A DNA stretch of 64,000 nt, taken from Eledone cirrhosa (Eukaryota). The stretch's first letter is position 1. The number at the start of each line of letters is the position of its first letter. The notes under the pieces are model-generated. The model saw nothing but the letters and a program-made list of their open reading frames with translations. It did no database searches and had not been told where the DNA came from. The stretch covers positions 201,810,001 to 201,874,000 of the forward strand of contig OZ024741.1 of NCBI GenBank assembly GCA_964016885.1, in the 5' to 3' direction. The translations under genes were made by a program, and so were the position numbers. Positions 24,506 through 38,700 of the stretch are shown in pieces.

Positions 24506-25181
24506 CTCTCATTTCCTGTCTCTAACATCTCAGTTGTCCTCTCTTGAGACATTAGCCTCTCAGTTGTCCTCTCTTGAGACATAAGTCTCTCACTTCCTGT
24601 CTCTAACATATCTGTTGTCCTCTCTTGAGACATAAGTCTCTCACTTCCTGTCTCTAACATCTCAGTTGTCCTCTCTTGAGACAAGTCTCTCACTTCCTGT
24701 CTCTAACATCTCATTTGTCCTCTCTTGAGACAAGTCTCTCACTTCCTGTCTCTAACATCTCAGTTGTCCTCTCTTGAGACAAGTCTCTCACTTCCTGTCT
24801 CTAATATCTCAGTTGTCCTCTCTTAAGACATAAGTCTCTCACTTCCTGTCTCTAACATCTCTGTTGTCCTCTCTTGAGACATAAGTCTCTCACTTCCTGT
24901 CTCTAACATCTCAGTTGTCCTCTCTTAAGACATAAGTCTCTCACTTCCTGTCTCTAACATCTCTGTTGTCCTCTCTTAAGACATAAGTCTCTCACTTCCT
25001 GTCTCTAACATCTCAGTTGTCCTCTCTTGAGACATAAGTCTCTCACTTCCTGTCTCTAACATCTCAGTTGTCCTCTCTTGAGACATAAGTCTCTCACTTC
25101 CTGTCTCTAACATCTCAGTTGTCCTCTCTTGAGACATAAGTCTCTCACTTCCTGTCTCTAACATCTCAGTTGTCCTCTCTT
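24502..25181. repeat. 51-bp minisatellite, about 13 copies
   Basis: Unit gagacataagtctctcacttcctgtctctaacatctcagttgtcctctctt, with some 49-bp variants. Confidence 0.95.
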
Positions 25182-27279
25182 ATCCTTCACACATTTTTGC
25201 TGTCTACAGTATATTTTTATATTTCAACTCCTATCTTTAAAGTAGTGTTTTCCTATATTTAGAATCCACTCCTCTCCATCATTCAACTAGATATTAGCAA
25301 CAAAGACTTTCAGTTATTCTAGTTCCTAGTTTCTTTTCCTCAATCTTCTCAGTTCAACTTCCCTATCTGTTACTCTTCAAACTCTTTGAACTGTCATCAG
25401 TTATTTGTTCATCTCTCAGCTTGCATCAAGCACATTTATTTCACATTTGATGATTTATAATTTTTGGTGGTTTCAACAAGCATTCCATTGCAATGCTGCA
25501 GAAGTCAATTTTTTTTTTACTATTCTGAACTCTCTGCAATAGTTAGTACCATCACTTAATGTTTGCTTAACCAACATACACACACACATTACACTTCTGA
25601 TCTCTTTCTCATGTCTAAATTCTTTTTCGTAATCTATGACTGTTTCTACCTCTGTAATGTCCTCTGATTCACTGCACAACACTCCACCTCCATAATCCAA
25701 TGGCACTTTAAAATCAGCTTACTGATTGGATCTCCACCAGTTTTATGCTATCCCTGGCAGCAAATGTGTATCACTTTGGACTCATCCAAAGCAGCTAATC
25801 CATAACTCCTATGTAGTTTACATACAGCTATGTTACATCAGTACATGCAATGAACACAACCAACCTTCATTAACTGTGTAGTCTTCACTTATCACTACAA
25901 CACCTACAAAATTGCCATCAAGAAAGCAAGAGATACTTTTAGCCATTGCACAAACTATAAGCTCATTTGCCTCCCAAATTGACATGGCTCTTTCTAATCT
26001 ATATTCTATCAACTGCTAGGCCTCCTAATCCCTGATGATCCAACATACTTAACATAGCTAAAACTGTTTCCAAAAGACTAGTCTTCTCGTCAGGGCCAAA
26101 AGTTACTTCAGTTGAAATCACTTATGGTGTACTGCTTCCATTCCTAAGACAGTACTACTAACATCCAAATGATTAACAGACTTACCAACACAGTATAACC
26201 TCTAGCCTACAGGTGTGCTGTTTCTTCTTTCGCCTATTTTGATGCTCCTACAAAGGCTGTTGCTCCAGCTAGTTGTATATCACCTTAAACTAGACCCATG
26301 TCTCTCCTCTTATCACTCTTTCTTTCCTGTCCTCAGACACAGCCCTCTATAAATGTTCAAGCTGAACATCAACCTTATCGATCTTACCTGTCTAGAAGGG
26401 CCTGTATGAGTGGGTGGAGTGCTTCCCTTATTCCTGATTAAGCTATAAAAAAAGCCCAATATTAATATCAGACTTTTGTTACTGAACCTGATTAGTCTTT
26501 ATAAGCAAAACTTGTCATTATCCCAACCGTCCATTATATATATGTATGAAATTGATATCTATACTGTGTAGGCTTTGTAAAATATTCATACCTATATTAT
26601 GTGAATTGCAAGCCAGAAAAATTCTTTCTCGGATAGAGAATGAATTTTGCAGTGTTTAGGGCCCTATATTAGGGAATCCTTTAAACATTTGTTAATTCAT
26701 ATTCTAAATTACTGATTTCAGTCATGGATTTGTCTTTTTTGTGTAATATGGCATGAAAAGAAAACAAATTTTTGTACAAATTTAATGGAAAGTATGTTGC
26801 ATTAATGTTTGTTTTCCTGCTTTAAGTGACATTTTATCAATTCAGTATTGATAATCACTAGTTTAACATGTTTTGATTTATTTAGATTAGATTGGTTAAC
26901 TTCATAATCTAAACTATTATAAAGTAAGCAGTGCAGGACTGCATCCGGAATAAATTTTTTTATCCCGTTTGTAAAATAAGTTGGATTACTTTGAATAAAT
27001 AATGAGTGAATATTACATAATTTATGTACTAAATTTCGTATTTATAAATAATTTGGAATTGACTTCTTTTCAAATTTATAAATTTCTACACTTCCGGTAT
27101 ATCGTCGCCACCACCACCACTTGAACTACCATATATATAGAAAGAGAGAGATAGTGATTATGATTTTCTACATGCTGACGCGTATGATTGTGCACATACA
27201 TACATCTATATGTATGAGTATATAACTATAATCACGCAAACACAATAAAAATACACGCACACGGACATACATTCAGATA

Positions 27280-27920
27280 AATACACACACAGTCACACAT
27301 ATACATTTACACAAACACACACATACAGTCATGATAGCGTTCGGTGAATTGGAAACGGGAGGGTAAAACAAGTATAATGTTTTATTTATTTATTAACAAC
27401 AGTTTAACTCTTTTTTTTTAAAACTCATTTGTATAAAAATGTAATATAATGCTTACAGAACGAAAACACAAACAAATATAATATATACAAAGGAAAGGGA
27501 AAATAGCTCTTCCAGCGCATCTCCCTTACCATCCTCCGGAGAAACGTCTTCTCCATCCTGTCCGCCGAGGTTGTGGGGATGCCAGCACGTGGACCCCATT
27601 TGCTCATACAGATTAATAGGCAAAGTTGTAAACTATTATGATAATGTAGTTAGCTAACAGAACACGGTAGCAAAATAGTCACTAACTGTGACGTCCCATT
27701 CACACAAATACACATACTTTCACACATATATATTTACACAAACACACACATACAGTCATGATAGCGTTCGGGGAATTGGAAACGGGAGGGTAAAAGTACA
27801 ACTTTTTATTTATTTATTAACAGTTTAACTCTTTTTTTTTTTTAAACTCATTTGTATAAAAATTTAATATAATGATTACAGAATGAAAACACTAACAAAT
27901 ATAATATATACAAAGGAAAA
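27280..27920. repeat. About 210-bp direct repeat pair (27280-27495, 27705-27920)
   Basis: Shared acagtcatgatagcgttcgg..gaattggaaacgggagggtaaaa..aaactcatttgtataaaa; probably 3' ends of the adjacent CRE-like element. Confidence 0.75.
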
Positions 27921-28069
27921 AAAGAAAGAGAAAAATACACAATCACGTAATACACACATCTTAGACCTCATAGAACAATATGTGGGCGAAAGAATGGAAA
28001 AACAAGACGCTACCAGAGCAAAAGATAGCAATGTAGCGAGAAGCACTGGGAAACCTCTCCAATAATTTT

Positions 28070-28505
28070 TGAGGCGAGCCCACACGCTTGCAGCGTTACC
28101 TGAAGTAATGGCAAGGCTGAGGTGCAGGAACAACCAAATGTCCTCACGAGCATCACCAGTTACCTCTGTTTGGCGAGCCCCAAGTGAAGATAAGAACCTC
28201 GCTGTCAGTAGCCCGACTCCCCAAACATCTCGAACGCCACAGGCTGGATAATGTAGTTAGCTGACAGATCACGGTATTTTAGGATTTTGTTCCGTTCAGC
28301 TGTGGATGCTGTAGCTCTCGCCCTTACCGCTGCATCCAGAATGTGGGTAGAAGCAAAAGAGTCACTAACTGTGACGTCCCAGATAAGGCACCTGCCTCTT
28401 GACCTGGAGCACAGAGTAAGACCGTCAAGTCTTTTCCCGTCAATTCTGGACAACCCAGGCGGTTCCAAAATTGAGGGGATGTTTGCCCGGGCCAAAGCTC
28501 TTAAG
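28070..28505 (-). mobile_element. CRE-like non-LTR retrotransposon C-terminus (restriction-like endonuclease)
   Basis: LEPPGLSRIDGKRLDGLT..GRCLIWDVTVSDSFA..K..KY..PVAFEMFG..LSLAITSGNAASV. Confidence 0.8.
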
Positions 28506-28714
28506 TGGAAATAGGACAGTGTGTGTATGTGTACGCGCGAGTTTGTCGGTGTTCTTAAATTAGAGACGTGTGTGTGTGTGTGTGCCACTGTTTTTAAGTT
28601 AGAGACATATATGTGTGTATCCCTTTTCTTCCTTTTACACACACATTCTTTCACACAAACGCACATACACATTGTGTGATGGACGGGTGGACAGAAGTCC
28701 CTCAAATTTATATA

Positions 28715-29300
28715 CATGTGAATGGAGTTCTACTGAAGCAGTTAGAGAAGTTCAAGTATCTTGGGGCCGTGTTCATGAGTGATGAAATGCAGGAGGCTGA
28801 ATTAAGTGCAAGAATTGCAAAAGCTGATGCAGTAATGCGTCAGATTCAGCAATCAGAAGAAGGGAGTAGGTGTAAAAGCCAAACTCGCTGTCTTCCTGGT
28901 ATTCCTGCCAACTCTTACTGAGGATCATGAATCTTGAGTAATGACCAAAAAAATACAATTGCAAATAAAAGCGGCAGAAATGGGATTCCTCCGAAGGGTC
29001 TTTGGAGTAACGTTACTCGATAAAGTGTGTAGCTCAGAGACTAGAGAGTCACTCCTGGTAGAGCCGCTACTTCTCCAAATTGAGAGAACACAACTCCGAT
29101 ATTATGAGCATGTGGTTGGAATGTCTCAGTAAAGAATCGCTGAACACATTTTACAGACAAAACCAACTGTCAAGAGTCCCTGAGCAAGATAGTTGGATAA
29201 CATCCATGAGCTTGGCTGGTCACGCTTTGGGATCCAGCTGCATCAGTTTGAGAAAGATTCTGCCCCCACAACCCTCTCAGAAATAAGTGGGCAAAGAAGA
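28715..29300 (+). mobile_element. Decayed RTE LINE 3' fragment
   Basis: EKFKYLGAVF, IKAAEMGFLRRVFG, QLRYYEHV. Confidence 0.8.
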
Positions 29301-30144
29301 TATTGTCAATTTACTTTTCACTTTACATATATATATATTTGCGTATAATACCAATATGCACACTACATATGCTCGCAGAAAACCGCCTGTGGGTGGTTTT
29401 TCTGCTAGTTTCTTTAATCATTGTACAAACACCTATTATCTGGAATCACATATCATCTGTATATTAAAGAACATGCACACATACTTTAGTTCTTAGAAAT
29501 ATTCGCAATCATCATGGGTAAAAAACATGTCAGTTGCATCAATAGTTCTTAATGTTTCTGTGATAGCTTTTCTGCTTTGAATTTGCATGTTATTTTTTTT
29601 TTATACCTAATTTTTATTTCTCTAATAAATTTAACATTATTTCCTATTTTTTCATCATTCACAATTTTGCTGTTGTGTTCTATTTTAAATAAATTTCAAA
29701 AGCTTATAATTGACTACAGTTGATTTTTGTGATAAATTTATATCTTCTAACAACTTCTACAACCACCAGATTCAAATTTATTAACTATTATTATAATCTC
29801 TTTTGTTTGATATCTAACTGGGTAAAAATTAGACCACACTGACTGGTCAGTAATTCAATTTACTTCAATGCTCTAATTTGTCATAACATTATATGTGATT
29901 ACTGCATCTCTGTTGGTTTTAAAATACAAATAAGTATTTAGATCTATTATATTTCAACTCACTTCTGGGATACATTATTTGTATATATGAACGAGCCTGT
30001 AACTCCTGGTCGAATTGTAAGGGTCCTGTAGTGACTTTAAACCTGGCAGAACCCATCCTTTAACCAGGTCTGAACAGCCAATTTTTTTCAGAGGAAGAGA
30101 AAGAGTGAGGGAGATGGAGAAAGTAAAGGAAGAATTGACTCCAC

Positions 30145-30263
30145 TATCAACTCCAAAAAGATGAAAAGCAAAGTTGACCTTGGTGGAATCCAAACTCAGA
30201 GCCAGAACGAATACAGCAAAGCATTCTATCCAATGTTCTAATGATTCTGCCAATTCGCTGCCT
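30145..30263 (-). mobile_element. tRNA-derived SINE (octopus-type)
   Basis: ggcagcgaattggcagaatcattag..gagtttggattccaccaaggtcaactttgcttttcatc; related copies at about 30500-30625, 32200-32255, 42865-43040 and 51775-51870. Confidence 0.65.
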
Positions 30264-32620
30264 TGGGATGCATTATAAAAATATAGAATAAACTGGGATT
30301 TAAACCAAGCAGAAATTAGTTTCAAGAATCACTCTATATACTGACATCAAGAAATAAATGTACTTAACTTGTACATAATAACACATTATATATCAACAAA
30401 TAGACTGCTGTGGAATCACACAAGGGAAATTATCAATAAGTTGAAAGATGTTTATGGAGGATCTGAAAAATAAACAGAATTAATGGTTTGAAATTTGAAA
30501 GGCAGAAGCTTTCTTTAGATTGACAAAGTTGTTACAGCATTGGACAAATGTTTAGCAGCATTTCATTGGGCTCTTTACGTTCTGAGTTCAAATCTTGCTG
30601 GGGTCAACTTTGCCTTTCAACCTCCCAAGCTGTATAAAAAGGTGCAGAGCAATCAAAGTTGATGGAAACTATGAAAGACCTGGGATGAGGTGATAAAAGC
30701 TGACCTTGCTCAACTGAACCTCTCAAAGTCAATGACACAGGATCGAGATCTTTGGCATTACACAGCAATGCAGAAGACACGGCTTCCCATGCGCACAGAA
30801 TCAAACATATATCTAGTAGGCACCTCTTAACCACTATCCTCCCTCCCCCTTCCATGCCACAACAAAAAGAACCCAGCACACACTGTAAATGTGGTTGGCG
30901 TTAGGAAGGGCATTCAGCCATAGAAGCCAAACCAGAAACAGTTCTGTATAAGCAAGACAGTTTCCTAACCCGACTTGTCCAAAATAGGATAACCCATCTA
31001 ATCCATGCTAGTGTGAAAAATAGACATTAAGCAATGATGATGATGACATTATATATATCTGTTAGAACACGAAAAGTGTGAAACAACAGAATGTTCACTT
31101 TTCGTGTTCTAACATATATGCCTAGCTTATCTAAAAATTTTTCGGGGATAGCCGTGGTGGTGGTGATCGTATGTCATTGGCTAATTTTCAACCAATCAGA
31201 GTACCTCTCTCTATATCTCTTCCACTGTTACTTACGCCTGTTTCTCTCTATCTGTTCCGTCTCTATTTATATCTCTTACTCTTTCGCTTTGCACTCCTCC
31301 CCTTCAATACCATCTCTCCCCCTCTCTATATATTTGTTACTCTATCGCTGCACGCTCCTCTCCTTCAATATATCAATTACACACGCTTTACACTCCTTTA
31401 TCCCCAGCGCCCCTATATATACACCCCCCCCCCTCTCCCGCATCTATATTTTAATGTACCGTTGCACCGTGAATATATGTGTCTATATATATATATATAT
31501 ACATATATATATTGTATATACACATTCATGTATGTGTATACACACTCATGTATGTATATACACTGGTTTTATGTGTGTATTGTAAATTTGTACTGTTAAA
31601 ACACGAAACTAACATTCGATTGACACTTTGATTACCTGTACAGGCAATAGTTATTAGAATGCTGTTGAAGTGTGTATATATTTTTGGGGGACATCCTGTA
31701 TATACACACATTATATATAATACAATAAACAGATAAATACACACATATATATATGAGCTTATTTAATTATAAATATTGTGAATTTTTAACTCAGTTCAAT
31801 TATATATATAAATGGCTTCTACAGGACTAGAACTGTTTCATTCGAAAGAAATCATCATAATATTGAGAGGGGGGACTAGATAAAATATTTCAAATCAAAT
31901 GTGTATAAGTTATAAGTTAAAATGTATAAATAGAGACGATAGTGGAGGTATATCTGTTTAGTGGAACAGTAGACGATAGAATTAAATACAGACGATTAAG
32001 TTAAAGATGTACATCCATATATGTATACTGAAATACTAGTATGTATATGAATACACACACGTATACATATGTAGATGTACCAAGTTTTTTCACTGGTCAC
32101 TTTACTGTGAGTGGCCAGCTATTCTGTATGTAAACACACAGACAAACCGGTTTGAAACAGCAGACGATAGAATTAAGGCAATTTAAATTTTAAGCATTTG
32201 CATTTTTGCCTTTCATCGTTACGGGGTCGATAAAATAAAGTACCAGTAATACACTGTCACTAGACGACTTTCAAATTGAATTGTTGGTTCCATTTCTTTA
32301 GTATTTTCAATTGTAGTTATCTACTTAAAAAGCGTTACACGGTTAGAGACATAATTCGTAAGTTATATCTTCCCTATTAAACCATTGCATTATTTCGCCT
32401 ACAATAGAACAAAAATGAAATGTTCTTTAAAGAAACAGGAATATAACTTTATAAAACAAAAAGTTGCATCCGCTTCTTTTATCATTGATAATTTTTTCGT
32501 TTTAATATTAATTGTTTTTTGTAGTTGTTTATATTAAAAATCTTACTGTAATATTTACTTAAACGAAGGCAAACATCTAAACTTATAGATTAATCTTGAG
32601 CGAAGGACTAGATAAATCTC

Positions 32621-32693
<73 letters not shown>

Positions 32694-32946
32694 GAAGAAT
32701 GATAAAATTTCAAGCAAAGAGTTTAATTAGGTATATTTTGTAATATTATTAACTAATTATTATAATTAACGCTTCAGGCTTTGTCTATATACTGAAACAA
32801 ATTTGTAAGTCATTACCTAATTAAACTCTTTGCTTGAAAATTTTATCACTCTTCGTTTTGAATTTCTCCTAAGTATTCAATGCTCTGTTGAGAAATACAT
32901 TTTACATAAACAGTCTTTGTACCATTTATACGGTATTAATTACTTA

Positions 32947-32996
<50 letters not shown>

Positions 32997-33071
32997 TAAA
33001 CAAATAATGAATAAACAATGAGACAGTTCCTTATATTAAACAAAAAAAGTTCATTATTTAACGATTTATTT

Positions 33072-33284
33072 AAATGACTCAGCTACTCGTCTAACTTTGT
33101 GCCAAAGAATTGATGATAAACTTCCAAAACTCAATCCCGATATGACAGTTGCTGAAATAAGGCAGTTGATCGAGAAATATGAGTTTTGCAATGTTACTCA
33201 TGATAATGATCAGCACTGCATCGGTCAAACTGGCTGCACCAGTGAATTTGGCTTTTTAAAATCCATAGCAGTTCACTCGCCAAA
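33072..33284 (+). repeat. 213-bp exact copy of Helentron internal sequence 34602-34814
   Basis: aaatgactcagctactcgt...gttcactcgccaaa appears identical at both sites (offset 1530). Confidence 0.95.
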
Positions 33285-33441
33285 TATTCATTATTTGTTT
33301 AATATTTTATCTTGACTCTGTATACCGTTTATCTTTCACCGAAAGTGATTTTTCATTACATCTCTTCTTTCCATGATATCCGGAATACATTGAGTTCTTC
33401 ATACGGATTGGACACTACCGTAAACTCTTGGTAGATTTATC

Positions 33442-33486
<45 letters not shown>

Positions 33487-33546
33487 CGTATGAACCGCCA
33501 AGTAGCGAGGTATCACTGTATATATGTTTAAATATATAGTGTAGCT

Positions 33547-35667
33547 GTGATGTATCTCGCGAGTGAATCGAGACCTGTCACTGATTTTGGTGTCCCCACT
33601 GCCGATGTGAATGAGCAACGCTGCACTTGTGAATTGGGTCTTGATGTTGCAGGCAGTTCATATACTTACAATGATGCGGTCCCACAAGCTTGTTCACATT
33701 CCTGTGCTAATAATCTAGATGGGCATATTAAATTGGATGTGAAAGCAGCTTACCGGATGCGGAATCGGGAGAAGTTGAGACAAAAACAGGCCGATTATAG
33801 AGCTGTGAATTTTGCTAAATTAACACAAAAACAGGCCAAGTATAGATGTTCAAAACGGTATGAGTTGGCAAACAAGCAGGCCAAGTATAGATCTGCAAAT
33901 TCAGCTATTATATCTCAAAAGCAAGCCGAGCGTAGAGCTTCTAAACGTACCGAGTTGGCTAAAGAGCAGACCAAGTACAGATCTGCAAATCAAGACAAAG
34001 TATTACAAACAAAGGCTATGTATAAAATTCACCATAAAGATAATATACAGTCTTATGAGAAAACATATTATAAAAAAAAGTTTCTTCATAAGCGGTCTTT
34101 GTATCAAATGAAGAAACTAAATAAAATGGTTGACTTCCGGATGCAGCATCAGATCTTGATGTCCCAATTTGTTAAGTCATATAAAAAGACAATAACAGAT
34201 ACCAATCTTCGCAACGACGCATATAGTCACGTGCTGAGTGTGTTCTCCAGATCTGTTGGGATGCGAAATTTTGTGTGTGCTCAATTAAAAATAAATGTTA
34301 AAGCTGTGCATACATTGATGGAAAAGGTCAATGCTAACGGTTTGTTGCATTATTGGGGAAATCAACATTATCACAGTTCCACCAATGAGCTTCCTAATTT
34401 TGACAAGAGCACTGCAAAGTACATGAAAATGGATGAGTTTAAAAATCAGTCCGTTGAGAAAGTCCGAATAGTCGTTATCAATAATGAGGAGACAGACAAC
34501 ATTGTGAATGACATGGCTAATGCTGACGAGCAGAATGATGATAATGATGTGTCTAAATGTTTGGTTAGACCTTGCGGGTCTTCCATATTAGATACATGTC
34601 CAAATGACTCAGCTACTCGTCTAACTTTGTGCCAAAGAATTGATGATAAACTTCCAAAACTCAATCCCGATATGACAGTTGCTGAAATAAGGCAGTTGAT
34701 CGAGAAATATGAGTTTTGCAATGTTACTCATGATAATGATCAGCACTGCATCGGTCAAACTGGCTGCACCAGTGAATTTGGCTTTTTAAAATCCATAGCA
34801 GTTCACTCGCCAAAGTTGCGCACATTGCTGAGGAAAATTTATAAAGTTCGGTCCTTATGTATTTGGCTCAACAAGTACAATGAAGCTGTTTTCAATGGCG
34901 ATTGGACCAACTTTGAGAATTTGACAGACGTTGCCAACATTGAGCGTGCTATTGCAGTTAAATTCAATAATATGTGCACTGGTTTCAATGATGTCGAACA
35001 CACTGATGCAGATGTCATTCATAAATATGGTAATCAAGTTCAAAGATTTCAATCTGAAATTACCAACTATAAAATCCAACATTGTCATATCTGCAAACTG
35101 CGCAAATATAGCAAGGAACTAAAAGTTTGGGATAATTGGAACTCTAGATATTTTAAAACGGCCGTTGCAAAGGATGCAATAACTGCCAACTACTCTTTGC
35201 CTTGCACAGTCTGCACAACATGCACTACACATTTGCGAAACAGTGGGGTGCCTTCAATGGCCTCAATAAATGGCTTGGGCGTTGCTGCCGTTCCCAAAGA
35301 ACTTGCTGATCTTAATACATATGAGCGAATACTTGTACAACGGGCCAAATGTTTCGTCAATGTAATAAAACTGGTGCCATACTCATTCAAAGGCAATATT
35401 TCAGCATGCATTTCCGCTATTAAAGGAATTGCAATTCACTTGCCTTTGCCTATGGACGGAACTATTAACCGCACCATGGATACGTTACCTGCGCTTCAAG
35501 ACGACATGCTTAAAATAGTCGTTGATAGCTTGCCTTCGCGGAAACAAATTATCTGGCGTTCAATGGTAGACATGAGTAAAGTATTGAAGGCACTTGATTG
35601 GCTTGCAGCAAACAATGTAATGTATGCCGATGTTAAGATCAATCGCTACGCCGATACGGAAAATTAA
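33547..35667 (+). mobile_element. Helentron/Helitron2 transposase, N-terminal part (basic 15-aa repeats, Zn-binding Cys clusters, DUF6570-like region)
   Basis: Repeated KQAxYR motifs, CHIC..CTVCTTC, VPSMASINGL..VPKELADLNTYERILVQR, KVLKALDWLAANNVMYADV; same frame as 35767-40269. Confidence 0.85.
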
Positions 35668-35766
35668 AACATTGTCGAGTGCTCGGGAGTTAATAATGCC
35701 AAATTCGATAATCTTTTACTTAAATCGAATGCTGGCATTACCTATGAGCATCACACTGTTAAAGAC

Positions 35767-38700
35767 ATGAATCCGTGTCTCCCTGCAGGCACTGACTTGG
35801 CTTTGTACAAAATGAAAAGAGTGGAAGGCGATTTCATTGCAGACAATGATAAAAAACTTGAGTTGTTGTGCTTTCCTTGTCTTTATCCAACTGGTCAGTT
35901 TGGCATTTTCGTGGACAATAGACCGTTTGGCGCTGTAAAGCCATACATGTTCATAAGAAACAGACTGAATCATAGCGACTCTAGATTTCGGCGAGATATA
36001 CAATATCTCATGTTTTGTCTTGATAAAGCCGACAAGAGAGGCATTGATTCTGGTATATATGCCATCATGAAGACCACCAAAAACAGCCGCATGACTATAA
36101 GCGAGTTTAGAAGGCGGCTTCATGAAAATGACAGGCACCTAGAGGGCAATTTAAATATGATGATGGCCAATGTCCGTGGTTCCAAGCAGTTTTGGTCTAG
36201 AAAATGTTCAGACTTGATGGCTATGGACGAGAAATTTGGCCCGGCCCACTTGTTCTTAACTTTGTCTTGTGCAGAGTACTTTTGGCCTGATCTGAGAGAG
36301 TTCCTGGAAAAGTTGAATGCTGACATACCAGACATTTCTAGAAAACGCACCAATGAGTTGTGCGCGGATGACGTGGTGGCTGTTAGCGAACATTTTCACC
36401 ATCGGTTCACCACCTTTATGAAAGAAGTTGTTAAACATACCAATTCTCCGTTTGGTATTGTCGAGCACTTTTTTTGGAGGTTGGAATACCAAATGAGAGG
36501 TGCTCCGCATGTTCATATGAAATTATGGATTAAAGATGGCCCTATTATGGACAGAGACGACAAGTATGCTATTCAGACGTTTATACAGTCCATGATCACA
36601 TGTCGCATGCCGTCCAATGTAGAAAGCCCCGTTTTGTCAGACTTGGTGTTGCGTTTTCAACGACATGTGTGTAGTGGATCCTGCAAAAGGCAAATATTTT
36701 CGAGTGGTCGTTTTTACACTCGATGCAGGTTTGGATTTCCTCGTCCTATCGGGAATTTCAATTTGCTTAGCGTCAACGAGTGCATAAAATCTCGACACAA
36801 AGGTAGAGCTGTCAAAAAGTTGTACAAGCTTGACAGACGACAAGGGGAAGAGTGCATCAATGACTACAATCCTGTTGTTCTGTATGTCTGGAAAGCTAAT
36901 GTCGATATCCAATACATCGGTGAAGATAGCATGATTCTAAACCGATATGTTACTAGTTATCAGACAAAGTCCGAAAAGACTGAAACTGAAGGTATTTGGG
37001 CTGAGATTGACAAGTCCAAGTCCATTTACTCCAGATACAAGAGTGTCGGACTTAAGCTGATGGGCAAGCGTGATACAGGTGCCTATGAGGCTGCAGACAA
37101 ATTGCTTGGCCACCATTTTTATGGATGCTCTGAAAGCCTCATTTGGATTGGGGCCGATTTGCCTAGTTACCGATCCCACAGGTTCAGGCCTCAGTATGAA
37201 CTGGATAAATTGAAACCGTATTCTACCGATCTTTATTACGAGAATATGGTCGAAAATTGGTATCCAAACAGGCCTGATTCGATGGAGCACATGTGTTTGT
37301 ATGAACTTGCGAGTAAATACGAACATGTGAATCCAATTGGTAACAGCAATTTTGATGACGACTTCAGGTTGAGAAATAATCTTGGCTATTTCAAATCTGT
37401 GAAAGAGCGGATTGTGAAGTCGCCAAACATTAGATTGACTGCAGATACCTGTGAGCGCTATCACCACAACCTGCTTATGCTCTTTAAACCTTGGCGAGAC
37501 GAGGAAAAAGACTTGCTGGGAGGTTGTGAGACTTATAAAGAGTCTTTTGAACAGTGTGCAAACCATTTATCTGAAATGGTCAGGTTCCAGAATGTGCGCA
37601 AACGTTTGGAGAATGCGCTGGAACAAGCCAAACATATTCAAAACGAACCTCAGTCTCATGATAATGATGACCATTCTTGCGGTGATCACATGGAGGCGTT
37701 GGCAGTTGATGATGCTAATGTCGATTTGCCTTGCATGAGAGATGTCAATGAGGATGCACTGAGGCATAAAGAAAATAAACTGAATGAAGTGCAAAGAAAA
37801 ATTTATGACGATATCGTTGCCGGTATTGACAAACAAGACAAACATTGGGACAACAGCAAACCTTATCCGAGATGTAGTTGCGATGATTGTCCACAAGTCT
37901 TGAAATTTGTTTCAGGTGTTGGTGGCACGGACAAGAGTTTTTTGATAAATGTACTGGCTGATAAAATTCAGTACATGTATCCAAATGACAATGGCCCGAG
38001 CGTAGTGATATCGGCACCCACAGGAATGGCTGCTTTCCAACTCAACGGCATGACTGTTCATCGAATGCTAAAGCTCAAAGTGCAGCACGGTAAAACTCCC
38101 GTGTACGATGATCTACCAAAGGACTTTTTGAAAATGCTGAGGATGGGGCTTCAATATGTCCGACTGATCTTAATCGATGAGATTAGCATGGTCAGTCATT
38201 TGCAGTTGGCATTCATTCACTTGAGATTGTGCCAATTGTTTTGTGACTTTGCCCAAGGCATTTCTCCTTTCGGGCGAATGAACATTGTTGTTTTTGGAGA
38301 TTTGCTTCAATTACCGCCTGTTAGAGAAAAGCCGGTGTTTAACAAAGTTACTCACCAAGATGCACAAAGATCATGCATAGGCGTCAGCAGCCACCATTTG
38401 TGGAGGTACTTCAAGTACGACGAGTTGACAGTCAACATGCGTCAGAAAGAAGACTTGGATAATTATGTTGACATGCTCGGCCGAATAAGGCTGGGTTCAC
38501 CACTTGATTCAGATATTGAAATTCTAAATAAGCATAGAATTGATCTCAACGGCAAAGCTTCCATTGATCAGGTTGCTTACAAAATGTGTGAGCTGATACA
38601 GACTTCTAATTTGAGTATCGTCTGTATCATGCCTCTAAACGAGTCAGTAGAAAAGTTTAACGCTGCAATGCTCAATAAACTTGGCATTAATACCGTTGAA

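Noticed and set aside
24502-25181. Possible CRISPR-like array (also 19385-19806 and 57325-57600)
   Set aside because: Head-to-tail tandem repeats without unique spacers, no cas genes, eukaryotic context.
33486-33522. Candidate Helentron 5' hairpin terminus
   Set aside because: On the minus strand it reads TACAGTGATACCTCG.., more like a pogo/Tigger-type MITE end.
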